DNA of 64,000 nucleotides. Source: Mobula birostris. Its lineage: Eukaryota. Position numbers and translations under genes: made by a program. Where the stretch lies: contig NC_092373.1 in assembly GCF_030028105.1 (NCBI RefSeq), positions 37,663,770-37,727,769 of the forward strand. Reading direction: 5' to 3'. The notes under the pieces were generated by a model. That model searched no databases. It saw only the letters and a list, made by a program, of their open reading frames with translations, and had not been told where the DNA came from. Within the stretch, counting starts at the first letter, position 1. Each line of letters begins with the position of its first letter. Shown here piece by piece: positions 13,321 through 25,320 of this stretch.

Positions 13321-13660
13321 AGTGCGGGACCCACATTGGACACAATGGTGTCCACACAGCTGGCCTGAAATATACACAGGCAAGTTTATCATGACCAAAA
13401 GCATCCATTTATGCATTGATAAATTAAAGCTTTTACACTGTGTAAACTAAAATCATTTAAAAATCACTTTAAATCCTTAAACCTTTAATTTTCAAGAACA
13501 TTGTTTCCCAATTAGAATTTGGTTTTATAAAAATCTTTTCGACAGTTTAAGCAAAATAAATGTATTTGTATTCATAGATATTTCGGCGCAACCCGCCCAG
13601 TGTCGTGTCCGCCGGCGCCTGGGGTTGGTCTTCCAAAGTCCCAGGGTGCCGTGCGGCGGC

Positions 13661-13692
13661 CTCTTCCTCCATCTTGGGTTTTCTGGCAGGCT
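13661..13692 (+). promoter_or_regulatory. RPL35A: RPL35A TCT/5'TOP start site and non-coding exon 1
   Basis: Pyrimidine tract CTCTTCCTCC followed by the YY1-like CCATCTT in a CpG-rich patch. The GTGAGT donor is at 13693. Confidence 0.8.
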
Positions 13693-13915
13693 GTGAGTGT
13701 TGAGTGCTGTGACTATTAACTAACTGTTAAGACATAGTATTGATCTTAAGGCAGTTCAAAGTCGTTTGGGCTGGTGCAGGAGTGTTCGTGCGTCGGTTAT
13801 TTGCTGTTGGGGAGGGTGTGTGTTGGCGGATGTTTTTGATACTGAGCGGATTGCACTTGGTGGTTAAACGCCTCTCGCTGTTTTACAGGGTCCGGCTGCC
13901 TGGCGCGCACTCACA

Positions 13916-13926
13916 ATGCCTGGAAG
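13916..13926 (+). CDS. RPL35A: RPL35A first coding segment (exon 2 = 13889-13926; MPGR)
   Basis: ttttacAG acceptor; cacaATGCCTGGAAG|GTAAG. The 11 coding nt join exon 3 in phase 2. Confidence 0.93.
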
Positions 13927-14473
13927 GTAAGAGGCCATGGGGTCGGATTATTCACTGAATGTCCTTACGGGGCTTTAGTTAAAGTTCCTTCGAGCTGTAC
14001 AGAGAGAGCGAACAGCACCTATATTCAGTATCTGAAGTGGGGGGGGGGGGTGTAAGGGGTTATGGGGTATTGCTTTCTAGTTCCGTGTGCATCCCTAAAA
14101 TGAACGATGACAACTCAATAATTGTCAATTTCTATACGTTGACCCATCTTCTCGTTATATCCCACATTCTTAACTGCCAAATTTGTTTGATGCAAAATTC
14201 TCGGCAAATTGCTTGAAACTTTGGCTAAATGAGCTTGCCTTCTTTGAATGTCAAGGTAATAATTATATCGGGCTATGTGATCAATTTGGAAGTTACTTGA
14301 TACCGTCTTTTTAAAATTGAAAATGTGGATATATGTATTGATATCTGAAAAGATCTGGTAAAATGTTAAATGAAATATATAAATTCTATAAAGCTATATA
14401 ATGTTGCTATGTCAGAGGTCAGGTTGTCTTAAATGAAATAATTTTTAAATGACATTTACCATTTTCACTTTAA

Positions 14474-14635
<162 letters not shown>

Positions 14636-14759
14636 TGAGAATACCTTTTGATTCACTAGTAAATTATCCTGTTTATGTTTTCTAATTGTTATCGATGCAA
14701 CAATTTCTTCATTGCTTAGTGAAATGTGTATTTGTTATTGTAGCTTCCTAAGGACTGCT

Positions 14760-15760
14760 CGTCCTTTTTCTTCTTGACTAATTGCATCACCTCACTCACT
14801 GTCCAAGTTTCTCTTACCTTGCCATCTTTTTCTGTCCTCACTGGAACACATCATCCTGTATTCTGTGCATTTGTTCTTTAAGCACCCTCCACATGTCAGG
14901 TGTGGGCTTGCCCAAAATCAGCTGTTCTCAATTTCCCTAATCCCTGTTCATGTACCTTCATAATTTTAATAATTTGCCCTGCTCCTGTTTAGTACTCTCC
15001 CACAAGGTTGAATTTAGTCTTACCTATACCTATCTTAAAATTTAAGGAGTTGTGGTCATTGCTCCCCAACTGCATGTCCACTGAAAGTTTGGTCACCTGG
15101 CCAGGCTCGTTACCTAACACCAGATCAGCACCACATCTTGTTGGACTATCCACATGTTGATTTAAGAAACCCTCCTGGGTGCACATAACAAATTCTGCCC
15201 CATCTAAACTACTTGCAATAAGAAAGTCCAAGTTTGCATTAGGAAAGTTGAAGACCCCATGACAATAACTGTATTTTTTTTTAGACCTCTCCTTAATCTG
15301 CCTGCGTGTCTGTTCCCCGATATCCTGGTGGCTGTTGTGGGTGGGGGAGTGGTCTGTAGTATAATCCCATCAGTGATTGCACTCTTTCTATTTTTGAGTT
15401 TTACTCATTGTCTCAGTGGATGAGCTCTCCATTATGTCCCCTCTGATTGATTGGCCCTGAACAGTAGTACAGTGCCCCCACCCCTTACCTCCTTCCAGCA
15501 GTATCCAAAGGGGTATGCTGTACTCATTGCTGAGGGGAGTCCTGCATTGACAGCTTACTCCCCATATTTCTCCTGGTGGTCACCAGTCTGTTATCTGAAG
15601 CCTGCACTCTGGGTGTTCCCTCACAGATGGTCTTGAGTATATCCAGCTCCAGTTCCTTGATTTTGTCCCCAGCTGAACTTGCAGATGTAGTCAGAGAGAT
15701 TGTCAGGTACTCCGATAGCCCACATCTCCCAGGAGGAGCATTCCACTGCCTCCACTGAAC
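14760..15760 (-). mobile_element. CR1-type LINE fragment (ORF1 end / endonuclease)
   Basis: EGFLNQHVDSPTR.GA.DLVLGNEPGQV...LGSNDHNSL.F (endonuclease C-terminus). Confidence 0.75.
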
Positions 15761-16139
15761 TAAGGATTTACAGATGGTAAAAAAAGGCTTGCTTTTTCTT
15801 GCCTGTGCCTCTCTGAACCTCTGAGTTTTGCACTCACTTGGGTCACTTTCTCTTGTTGTGTTTATTCTGTCTTTGGGTCCAACTTCTCAAGCCAAAGCTT
15901 CATAATCAAAACAAATGATGAGAAATGACACAGCACCCTTAGCCTCTGCTTCTTGTCACCAGAGCCTGACTACTCTTAATGCTGGCCCACTCCCACAATG
16001 GCCACTCTGTTTACACCTCCCTTTTTATTGGCTTAAATATGACTAAATCCTGACAAGACTTGTTCTTTTCAAATGGCTCTTGCCTTGCAATGATACCATT
16101 CTCTCACTTGCTAATTTAGTTAATAAAAATATAAGATTC

Positions 16140-17120
16140 GAAGTGCTCTTGTAGATCAGAGTAAAAGAGAGATAACAGTCGACATTGGACTGCTTGAAGA
16201 TCATGCTGTGGAAGTAATAGAGAACACGGAATTGGTAGAGGAGATAAATAAGTATGTTCCATCAGTTTTCAGTGGGGGGGCAGCACAGAGAGGGAAGCTA
16301 AGAGTCAACAGTGGGTAAATGACCTGGACCAGATGGCTCTGCCCCAGAATTCTGAAAAAGATAGCAGGATATTAAGGAGACATTAATAATGATCTTTCAA
16401 GAATCACTGGAATGGGTCCTGGGGATTGTAAAATCACTATTGTAATGATATTTAAGAAGCGAGGGGCAAAGACTGGAAATTTTAGGTAAATTAGTCTGGC
16501 CTTGGTGATTGGTAGGATTTTAGAGTAGTACTAAGTATGACATTTCACCGTACATGAGAGTATATGATATAGGATAAAGTCAGCGCTGTTTTGTTAAAAG
16601 GGAGCTGTTGCCTGACCAATCAGAATTCTTTGAGGATGTACCAAGCAGGTGGATGTTATTTACTTGGATTTGCAGAATTCTTTGGGTCACAGGCACTCTA
16701 TAACAAAATAAGAGACTGATATTAGACACGGTACTAGCATAGATAAATTGCATAGATTGATTGGTTGAAGTCAGAATGGGAGTAAAACACACCTTTTCAG
16801 AACTGCTTCCAGTGACTGGAGTTCTGCAGGGGTCACATTTAGGACAGCAGCTTTTCATTTCGAGATCGAGATGGAATCATGGCCATTTTTGCAGATTATA
16901 TCAATGTAGGTGGGGGATAGGTGTCGCTTGGGGTAGGGAGTTTGCCAAAGGACTTGGACAGGTTGAGAGAGTGGGTAAAGTAGTAGTAGATAGAATACAA
17001 CATAAGTGTGGGGTTATGTACATTTTGGTGAGAAGAATTAAGTGTAGACTATTTTGTAAATGGAGAGAAAATTCTGAAATCTATCGTAAATAGATTTGGG
17101 AATCCTGGTTCAGAATTCCT
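16140..17120 (+). mobile_element. CR1-type LINE RT fragment
   Basis: V.SGV.QGS.LG..LF-like motif and CLTN..EFFE.V remnants. Confidence 0.65.
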
Positions 17121-17445
17121 TCTTCTATATCTTAAACAAAACTGCACTTTAGAATTGTTAGTAATTTGGTAAATTGGATTGTATTTCAACAAATTTATTT
17201 TTAGATCCTTTTTATTATAATCATGAAATACGTGTGCAGGTATACTTGCTGATCATGCTTGGTGCACTGTTTTATGGCTGGTGAAATTGTTAATTTGTTC
17301 TATCGCAGATGCTTGGATTTTTGGGCCTGCGCATAGAGGATTGGGCATGTGATCCTGTTATTTTAAGCGTTTCTCTCAAGTTGTAAAATATGAGCTATTT
17401 GCATTACTTTGATTTCATATAAAATAATAAACCTGTAATTGGTCG

Positions 17446-18216
17446 CAAACACGAGGAAATCTGCAGATGCTGGAAATTCAAGCAACACACAAAGTTGCTG
17501 GTGAACGCAGCAGGCCAGGCAGCATCTATAGGAAGAGGTACAGTTGACGTTTTGGGCAGAGACCCTTCGTCGGGACTAACTGAAAGAAGATCTAGTAAGA
17601 GATTTGAAGGGGGTGTTCGAAATGATAGGAAAAGACAGGAGGGGAAGGGATGGAGCCAAGAGCTGGACAGTTGATTGGCAAAAGGGATATGAGAGGATCA
17701 TGGGACGGGAGGCTGTGGATAGACATATCAGAATGGGAATGGGACATGGAATTAAAATGTGTGGCCACTGGGAGATCCTGCTTTCCCACACTCAGGTTGG
17801 AGGAACAACACCTTATATTCCATCTGGGTAGCCTCCAACCTGATGGCATGAACATTGACTTCTCTTGACTTCAGTTAATGCCTCTCATACCCCATCTGTT
17901 ATTTATATATAAATATATATATTTTTTCTTTCTCTCCTTTTTCTCCCTCTGTCCCTCTGACTATACCCCTTGCCCATCCTCTGGGCTTCCCCCCCCTTTC
18001 TTTCTCCCTGGGCCTCCTGTCCCATGATCCTCTCATATCCCTTTTGCCAATCACCTGTCCAGCTCTTGGCTCCATCCCTCCCCCTCCCACTTTAAAAACT
18101 CACCATCTCTTCTTTCAGTTAGTCCCGACGAACGGTCTCGGCTTGAAACGTTGACTGTACCTCTTCTTATAGATGCTGCCTGGCCTGCTGCGTTCACCAG
18201 CCACTTTTATGTGTGT
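17446..18216. mobile_element. Penelope-like 3'-end insertion with an inverted two-arm structure in RPL35A intron 3
   Basis: The minus-strand arm (17446-17780) and plus-strand arm (17781-18216) share the terminal repeat. GIY-YIG C-terminal remnants LPVATHFN and LRLEEQHLIF.LGSLQPDGMNIDFS are present. Confidence 0.85.
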
Positions 18217-18378
18217 CACCTGTAGTTGGTATTTTCTATAATGTTTCAGTTGAATTACTTTTCATTTTTAACTTTGTTTCTCTCCACTTGCTTGATTCGG
18301 GTATATCTTATTTCTTATTTCAGATGTTCACCATCTATAGTTTTTGAGGAATTCACATTAAATAAATGGATGTGTTGA

Positions 18379-18594
<216 letters not shown>

Positions 18595-19562
18595 TGATTA
18601 TTATCAAAAAAAAGTCAAGTTTATTGGTTATTTAATTTGTACATCTTAATAGTTTGCAGTTTAAACATTGAGTATGAGAGATAGAAGGGGGTGGTGTAGT
18701 AGCATAACAGTTATCCTAACACTTTTCAGTTTTAGCTGTGTGTGTTAGGGTTATTGAGTTGTGGGCATTCTATGTTGGCACTGGAAGCATGACAACACAT
18801 GTGGACTACCTAGCACAATCATCATTGATTTGACACAATGTATTTCTCTGTATGTTTAGATATACATGTGATATATAAGATATACAAGATTAGATATACA
18901 AGTTAATATATATAGGCATTGTGCTGGTTGAATCAATTAAAAGTTTATGGTAAATTGTAATGATTGGTAGTTTTGGATTTATTTGGATCAGAACATGTAA
19001 TTACAGTCTGTACATTTCCCCATTGCCCAGTATTTACCTGGCCATCTGAAAATTAATCTGAAATATTGTTCACCAAGTTTGATAGTATTACTGATGTTCA
19101 TTATAGATGTAGAATTATTAGAAACTTAGACACATTTTCAAACCGGGGACAGAAACCAGTTTTCCATTTTTTAATTATGCTCCTGGGGTATGGCAAAGCA
19201 TGGTCTGGTAGAAATGCTTGGTAAATACTATACTGCGCTCTGCTTCTACTGTTGTTGGGCAGTTTTCAGTAAAATAACTCAAGCTAGGGGACTTTGCTGG
19301 CTGCAGGTGCTTTGACTGTCCTTAGTTGTATAAGAAGTGGACACTGTAAAACATGGATTTGGCACTGAATAAATTTGGAGTTAGGTAACTGCATATTCCA
19401 CGAGGGATAGTTAAATGTACTTAAAGTTCAAAGTAAGTTTATTATGTCGCCATAAACAACCCTGAGAAAAATTTGTTTTTATTGAGAAGTTTAATTGAAG
19501 CTTTAAGCAGTTTGTGGATGTTTCATTTTCTCTAATATTCTTAAATTTATTTTCTTCTGCAG

Positions 19563-19586
19563 ATGCTGTACCCATCAAGAATTTAA
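19563..19586 (+). CDS. RPL35A: RPL35A last coding exon (MLYPSRI*)
   Basis: ttttcttctgcAG|ATGCTGTACCCATCAAGAATTTAA. Total CDS is 11+153+145+24 = 333 nt = 110 aa. Confidence 0.97.
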   Translation: MLYPSRI

Positions 19587-19609
19587 AACAAAGCTGTACA
19601 TAAATTGAA

Positions 19610-19615
19610 AATAAA
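19610..19615 (+). terminator. RPL35A: RPL35A polyadenylation signal
   Basis: AATAAA about 24 nt after the stop codon, followed by T/GT-rich sequence. Confidence 0.8.
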
Positions 19616-22305
19616 TAGCCAAGTGGTTTAAATTGTCTGGTTGAATGCCTTTGCTGTTTTGTTATTTCATATAGTACAGTACAATGGCAACTAAAGAAAC
19701 CCAAGAATTTGTATGATTGATGGGTGTTAAGCGATCTTCGAATCTACTATTCCCTTAGTATTGAAACTGGCAATAGATGAGTGTTTTCCTCGAGCAGCTG
19801 TGTCAACTGTTCCAAGTAAAATTGAAAAACTGCCCAGTTTTAAATTTTATTGTAGAAAGTCCTTTCTTTGGTGTTTAAAATTTCAGTTCTATTGTTAAGT
19901 GATACAAGCTGACAGATTTTAATAGTGAAGGAGTTAGAGTTTGTGCACAAAATCTTTGTAGGTTGTACAAGCTCCATGAGAGTGTGGTTGAAGCTCAAGT
20001 CACTAACTGCATTTAATTATCTTGCTGAGCACTAGAATTGCATGGGCATGGAAGACTGTTGAGAAGTCCTGAAGTAGGGCCTCAGCCCAAAATGTCAGCT
20101 GTTTACTCTTACAGTAACGGAGGCCGAAGCATAGAAGAGATTTATTGACAATTAGATACAGTTGGACTGATAATGCTTGAAACATTTAGGTCAAGTGGCA
20201 TATGTGCAAAGAAATGGCCTGGGTTTCAGGTCAACGTCTGTCAAGGCAGAAAAGGTTGTAAATCAAATCAGTTTGAAGTTCTAGAAAAGGCGGGGGGGGG
20301 GGAGGGTTGAAAGAACATAAGTGAAAAGGTAAAGGCAGACGCTGAACGTTCTAATATGAAAATGTATAAATTATGAGCTCCTTTTACCATTTAATAATAC
20401 AGCAAAATTGCACATTCCTGTTGGTCAACAGCAACCAATGACTCCAAACTCCTCTCTCTTCTCCCCCCCCCCCCCCCCCCCCCCGGTCAAACTCTCAATC
20501 TTATCAAGCAACTATCCCTTAAAAATAATTAAAAAGTTGCTTCCATCTCCCTTTGAGGAAAAAGTTCCAAAGACTAGTGTAGGTCTGGAAGGAGAAAAAG
20601 GAAAACTTCAATGTTAAACAGGTTCCTTGGATATTTTTCCCCTCTCCTACGGATTCCTCATAAGAGGATTGTCCTTTTTACATCCATTCTTTATAGTCCC
20701 ATCTGGCTCTTGTACGTTACAACCAGTTTTCTAAACTTCAGTACAACCTTTCCTTTTTTATTTGCCAACTCCTTATTAGTTGAGTAACCTCTACTAAACT
20801 CTAATGCCTTAATATGCTTAATTAAGCAGTCCAAAACTACACAATATCCTGAGTGTCTTACCATTTCCCCATATAACTAACATAACCTCCCTCTTGCATT
20901 TAATTCCCAGCAATCTGCCTTTTGGATGTGAGGTGGAAACCTCTTGCCCATCAAACAACCTGTTTTTGTAGTCTTACTACAAAAGTAGCCACCTTTCCTA
21001 CTTGGTGACATGAAATTTAATGACCACACCTTTTATGCTTAGACCCAAGTTATAAATTACAAAATGTATTTCCATGACTTAATTAAATGTCAACCAGAAA
21101 AAGAACTCTTGGATTTTCCCTTTACAAAACCTGCATGTGCCTGATTATTTACAACTTATGTAATTATGATGCTGGAGCACATTTAATAATGGCTTAGGAG
21201 TTAAAGATGAAATGTGTGAATATGAGAACAAAGTGGAAATAAATTCCAGCAGAGGTGATCAAATTTTCAACATTACAATTATCAACATACCAGGGGTTAA
21301 TGGTTTTATGGAAGGTTGTGTGTGTGAAAGGTAATTTGCTCCATAACCCCAGGAAGAGATGGGGAATCCTGGACAGAAACAACCAAACAAACCACTCAGC
21401 AAATTAGATAGCATCAGTGGCAAGCTGCTGGGAATACATTTAGTCAAGTGAAGTTCATAGTGTAAGGTGACCAGTGGGACCTTTGAAAAGCTGGAATTTT
21501 CCTTGACAGAAAAAAAGGCTAAAAGGATATTTCATAATTCTCTAAAAGAGCAAAGAAATTGGGTAATTGGTCTATATTTAATGTTACTAGTGGCTGAATG
21601 ACGATTACCATGGATTTATGACAAAAGACAAAACTAAAGCAAAGCCACTAGAACAGAGCACAAGATGTTTTAGCCTATGATGTGCCAAACTATAAGATAA
21701 TGTCACCTAGCCTGGAAGACTAGCAAACCATCAGGGCGCTGGATTTTCATGGCTCTGAAGACGGACTGATTCAAGGCCGGTGCCCCTGACTGAGGTGTCA
21801 CAGGAGAACACAACATCGGGAGCAGTGGGTTAGCTGCCGGCTGTGTGCCCAGAGGCCTAAGCCTCAGGGCCAATTCTTTGGGCGCAGGGTTCGGAAACGG
21901 TAACGCAACAGACTTAACATAAATCAGCGAGTTGTTTGTTATATCTCCCCTCGATGTGAAACAGGGGCACCTCTTTTTCCCTTATTAGGGGGAGAGAGAG
22001 CGTCTGTGATATGTTGAATTACCAGGTGAACAAGTAGTCTTCACAGTACCAGGATACTGCAAGTCTGTCTTGATGCTGTGCTGCACACTTGAGTGCTCAG
22101 TGGAGGGCACTGATGTTTATTTTTGCTGGGAGGGAGTCCTTTGGCAGTCTAACATATAACTGTCATTTAGTCTTTGGGGGGCACTCTTTGTGGACGTTTG
22201 TAAAGAAAAAGAATTTCAGGATGTATATTGTATACTTCTCTCTGACATTAAATGTACCTACTGAACCTAATCAAACTAATCCTGCATGCAGATGGTCCAT
22301 TATAA

Positions 22306-22999
22306 CAGGGGTCCCCAACCTTTTCTGCACCACAGACCCGTTTAATATTGACAATATTCTTGTGGGTAGGGGGTGTTCAAGTAGGGTTAAAGGGTTAAAC
22401 TCACCTCAACATGTCTTTTACAATTAGGGTTGCCGACTTTCTCTCCCAAAAGTAGCAGTCAAATCCTGGGACACTTTACCCCAAGAAAGACTACCATAAC
22501 CATGAAGCCTTGCGCGGGCACCTGTGTGTGCATGCGCATACGCACTGATTTTTCCCCCCACAAATCTGTTTTGCCTTTATCTTCGGGACTAGACTACATA
22601 CATTGTTTCTACTTTATACAGGCTGTGTATTTATCATATCATTCCTGGTTTTATGTGTTTGGTATGATTTGTTAGGTTATTTTTTGGGTCTCGGAACGCT
22701 CAAAAATGTTTGCCATATAAATTATTGGTTTTTTGCTTTACGCCATTTCGGCACGAAAGGTTTCATAGGAATGCTCTACCTTAGCGGGGGAAATACGGGA
22801 CAAGGGCGGTCCCGTATGGGACAAACCAATTTAACCCAATACTGTATGCGGGATGTCACGGCAAATACGGGACAGTTGGCAACCCTATGTTCAAGTTCAA
22901 CAGTTTGTGTCAGGGAATGAGGATAGGTGCAGCTGGCTCATATCGTTTTCTCGCGGACCGGTAGCATATGCTTTGCAGTCCGGTGGTTGGGGACAGCTG
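22306..22999. mobile_element. hAT (Charlie-like) MITE
   Basis: TIRs CAGGGGTCCCCAACC / GGTTGGGGACAGCTG; perfect 8-bp TSD CATTATAA (22298-22305, 23000-23007). Confidence 0.88.
22382..22887. mobile_element. Second hAT-type MITE nested in the first
   Basis: Ends TAGGGTT...AACCCTA; perfect 8-bp TSD TGTTCAAG (22374-22381, 22888-22895). Confidence 0.8.
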
Positions 23000-25076
23000 C
23001 ATTATAAACGTCAATAGATTAAGGATATGCTCCTTTTGCCTCATTGGTAGGATCTCAACCCAAATTAGTGACCATCCTTTTACCTCTGCAGATGCTGAGC
23101 TGCTGAGAGCCTCCAGCAGTTCATAGAGCAATACAACACAGAAACAGGCCCTTTGATCCAACTAATATGTGCCAGCCTGACCAGAGCTCTCCACACCCCT
23201 CATCCAGGATCCTATCCAAACTTCTCTTAAATGTTACAATTGGACTTTCACCTACCACTGCCATTGACAGCTAGTTCCACTCTCAGTGGAAAGATTACTT
23301 GCAATGCAACTTCCAGAAGTAAATACATGATTATAATTACCATTATGTATCTACTCAAACTTACAAACCCTATATTTACTGAAATTATTTTTAGATCGCA
23401 GGAAGCAAACTGGCTAAAGGGCAGAAACCAAAAAGGTGTAATAAATTTTCTTTTGGACTATGGGGAGATGTTGGCACTGTGTTGGTTTATTATGACCACT
23501 GGTCCATTATGTCGCTTAAAATGTATATTATCATTGTTAAACTGGAGTTTCAATATTTGTAAATTATGCTAAGCTTAAAAATGAAGCAAATGAGTAGAAT
23601 GGTAGAAGACAAAGATGGATAGAAAATGCATTTTACCACGGGTGTGATGTAAAAAGTTGAATATATTATCATGTGCAATTATTTATGCACAGGTAAGAAA
23701 ACCACTTGGAGCAGTACATGGTATATCAGCAGTATTCTCAAGATTAAAAAAACCAGTTTTTACATAAAGGGGTTCTTCCTGCCAGATGTTGGACCAGATC
23801 TTCCACTTGAGCACATGCTTCCACCTTGTCCAATCTCCCTGCTGCCCATTCCTACTGTCCTCGAGGTATGCATTTTCTTGACTGCTGCTCGCACCTCTTC
23901 CTGGACAAGTTTGTGTCTGGTCCTGTCAAAACAGGTTGAAGGGAAGCTGCCAAGTCCTGCCTAACGGTGCCACTGTCCCAATCAGATCCCTGTGACTCAG
24001 CCATCACCAGGTCCTTAGCCTTTCATTTCTTGTCAGCAGGCATTGAGGTCTGGACAGACAAGTCTTTAGGGATGCTGGAATCTGCACAGCAACAATTGTC
24101 TTGCATGGAAAAGCATGAACTTGTTCAGGGTGCTGAAGGGAAGCAGCAGTTTATTTCTCTTCCCATACAGTGCAATGCTGCTCAGGTTATGGGAGGCCCA
24201 GCCATCTTCGAAGATAGCCATTGATCTTTCTTTCAAGAGCCTCAGCTGTAAGTGTGGGTATGTCATGCACCAGCATGGAGCAGAGGATACCAAGCTGGTG
24301 GATCCAGGCCTTGAACTTGCCAGGTAGGCCCAACTCATCTGCACTGGCGAACCAGACTTGTAACTCCTTGGTGGTCTTCCGGGTGGCAGCCGAGTCTAGC
24401 CCGCAGTCAGACCTTCTCCAGACAATATCAACTCATTTCTCAGAAATTGATGAGATAGCAATCCCATTCAAAGAGAAACAGAACTTGTCGGTGAAACTGC
24501 CTTTTATTTCAACAGCAGAGACCTGGATTTCTCTGGCTTAAAGCTCATCTTTACCCATGTGTTGAGCGTCATTGTTCCCTGGAGGATACATCTGCAGCCT
24601 GGGACTGATGTAGTTGTCGCCATGTGGTCATCCATGAAGGCTCTGATTGGGGTTGCTGTACGCCTGTCTTAATGAGACAGCCTCTACACTCTTTGAACCT
24701 AGTTGTGTGGGATATACCCCAAGCGTTGAAGATGTTTGATTATAATTCTCTTGGAGTAGCGCCTCCTGTAGCTACCAATATTGGGGAGGCATGTGCCCAT
24801 GATGCTTTGGGCAGAGTCCACTACTCTCAGCTTATTACGTTCCTGTGCATTCAAACTGCCGTACCAGACTATGTCACAACCAGTCAGGATACTTTCAACA
24901 GTACGTCTGCAGAAGGTTGTTAAAAGTTAAATAATAAGCTGAACTCCAAAGAAAGTAAAGATGCTGCAACATTTATAGGCCAGATCCAGGACTGGTCATC
25001 CAGTATGTTCAAGCCCAGGAATTTAAAGCTGCTGACTCTCTTCAGAATTAATCTCCCAAAGTAGATGTGTACATTC

Positions 25077-25320
25077 AACACACATAAAAATTGCTGGTGA
25101 ATGCAGCAGGCCAGGCAGCATCTATAGGAAGAGGTACAGTCGATGTTTCGGGCCGAGACCCTTCGTCAGGACTAACTGAAAGAAGAGATAGTAAGAGATT
25201 TGAAAGTGGGAGGGGGAGAGGGAGATCCAAAATGATAGAAAAAGACAGGAGGGGGAAAGGGGAAGATCTGCCCAATCAACTTTCTAGCTCTTAGGTCCAT
25301 CCTTCCCTCTCCTGTCCCAA
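25077..25320 (-). mobile_element. Penelope-derived terminal repeat with hammerhead motif and a short inverted segment
   Basis: Same family as 1-187. Positions 25270-25317 continue the consensus in the opposite orientation. Confidence 0.75.
25138..25173 (-). ncRNA. Minimal type I hammerhead ribozyme motif (best-preserved copy)
   Basis: AGUC-CUGACGA-A-GGG(UCUCGG)CCC-GAAA-CAUC-GACU. Helix I is AGUC/GACU, the core and helix II are intact, and the cleavage triplet is AUC. The helix III palindrome ACGU is mutated to ACAU. Confidence 0.75.

Noticed and set aside
12460-13368. 302-aa plus-strand ORF (and the 190-aa ORF at 12648-13220)
   Set aside because: Antisense and alternative-frame shadows of the GC-rich Penelope ORF; no recognisable domain.
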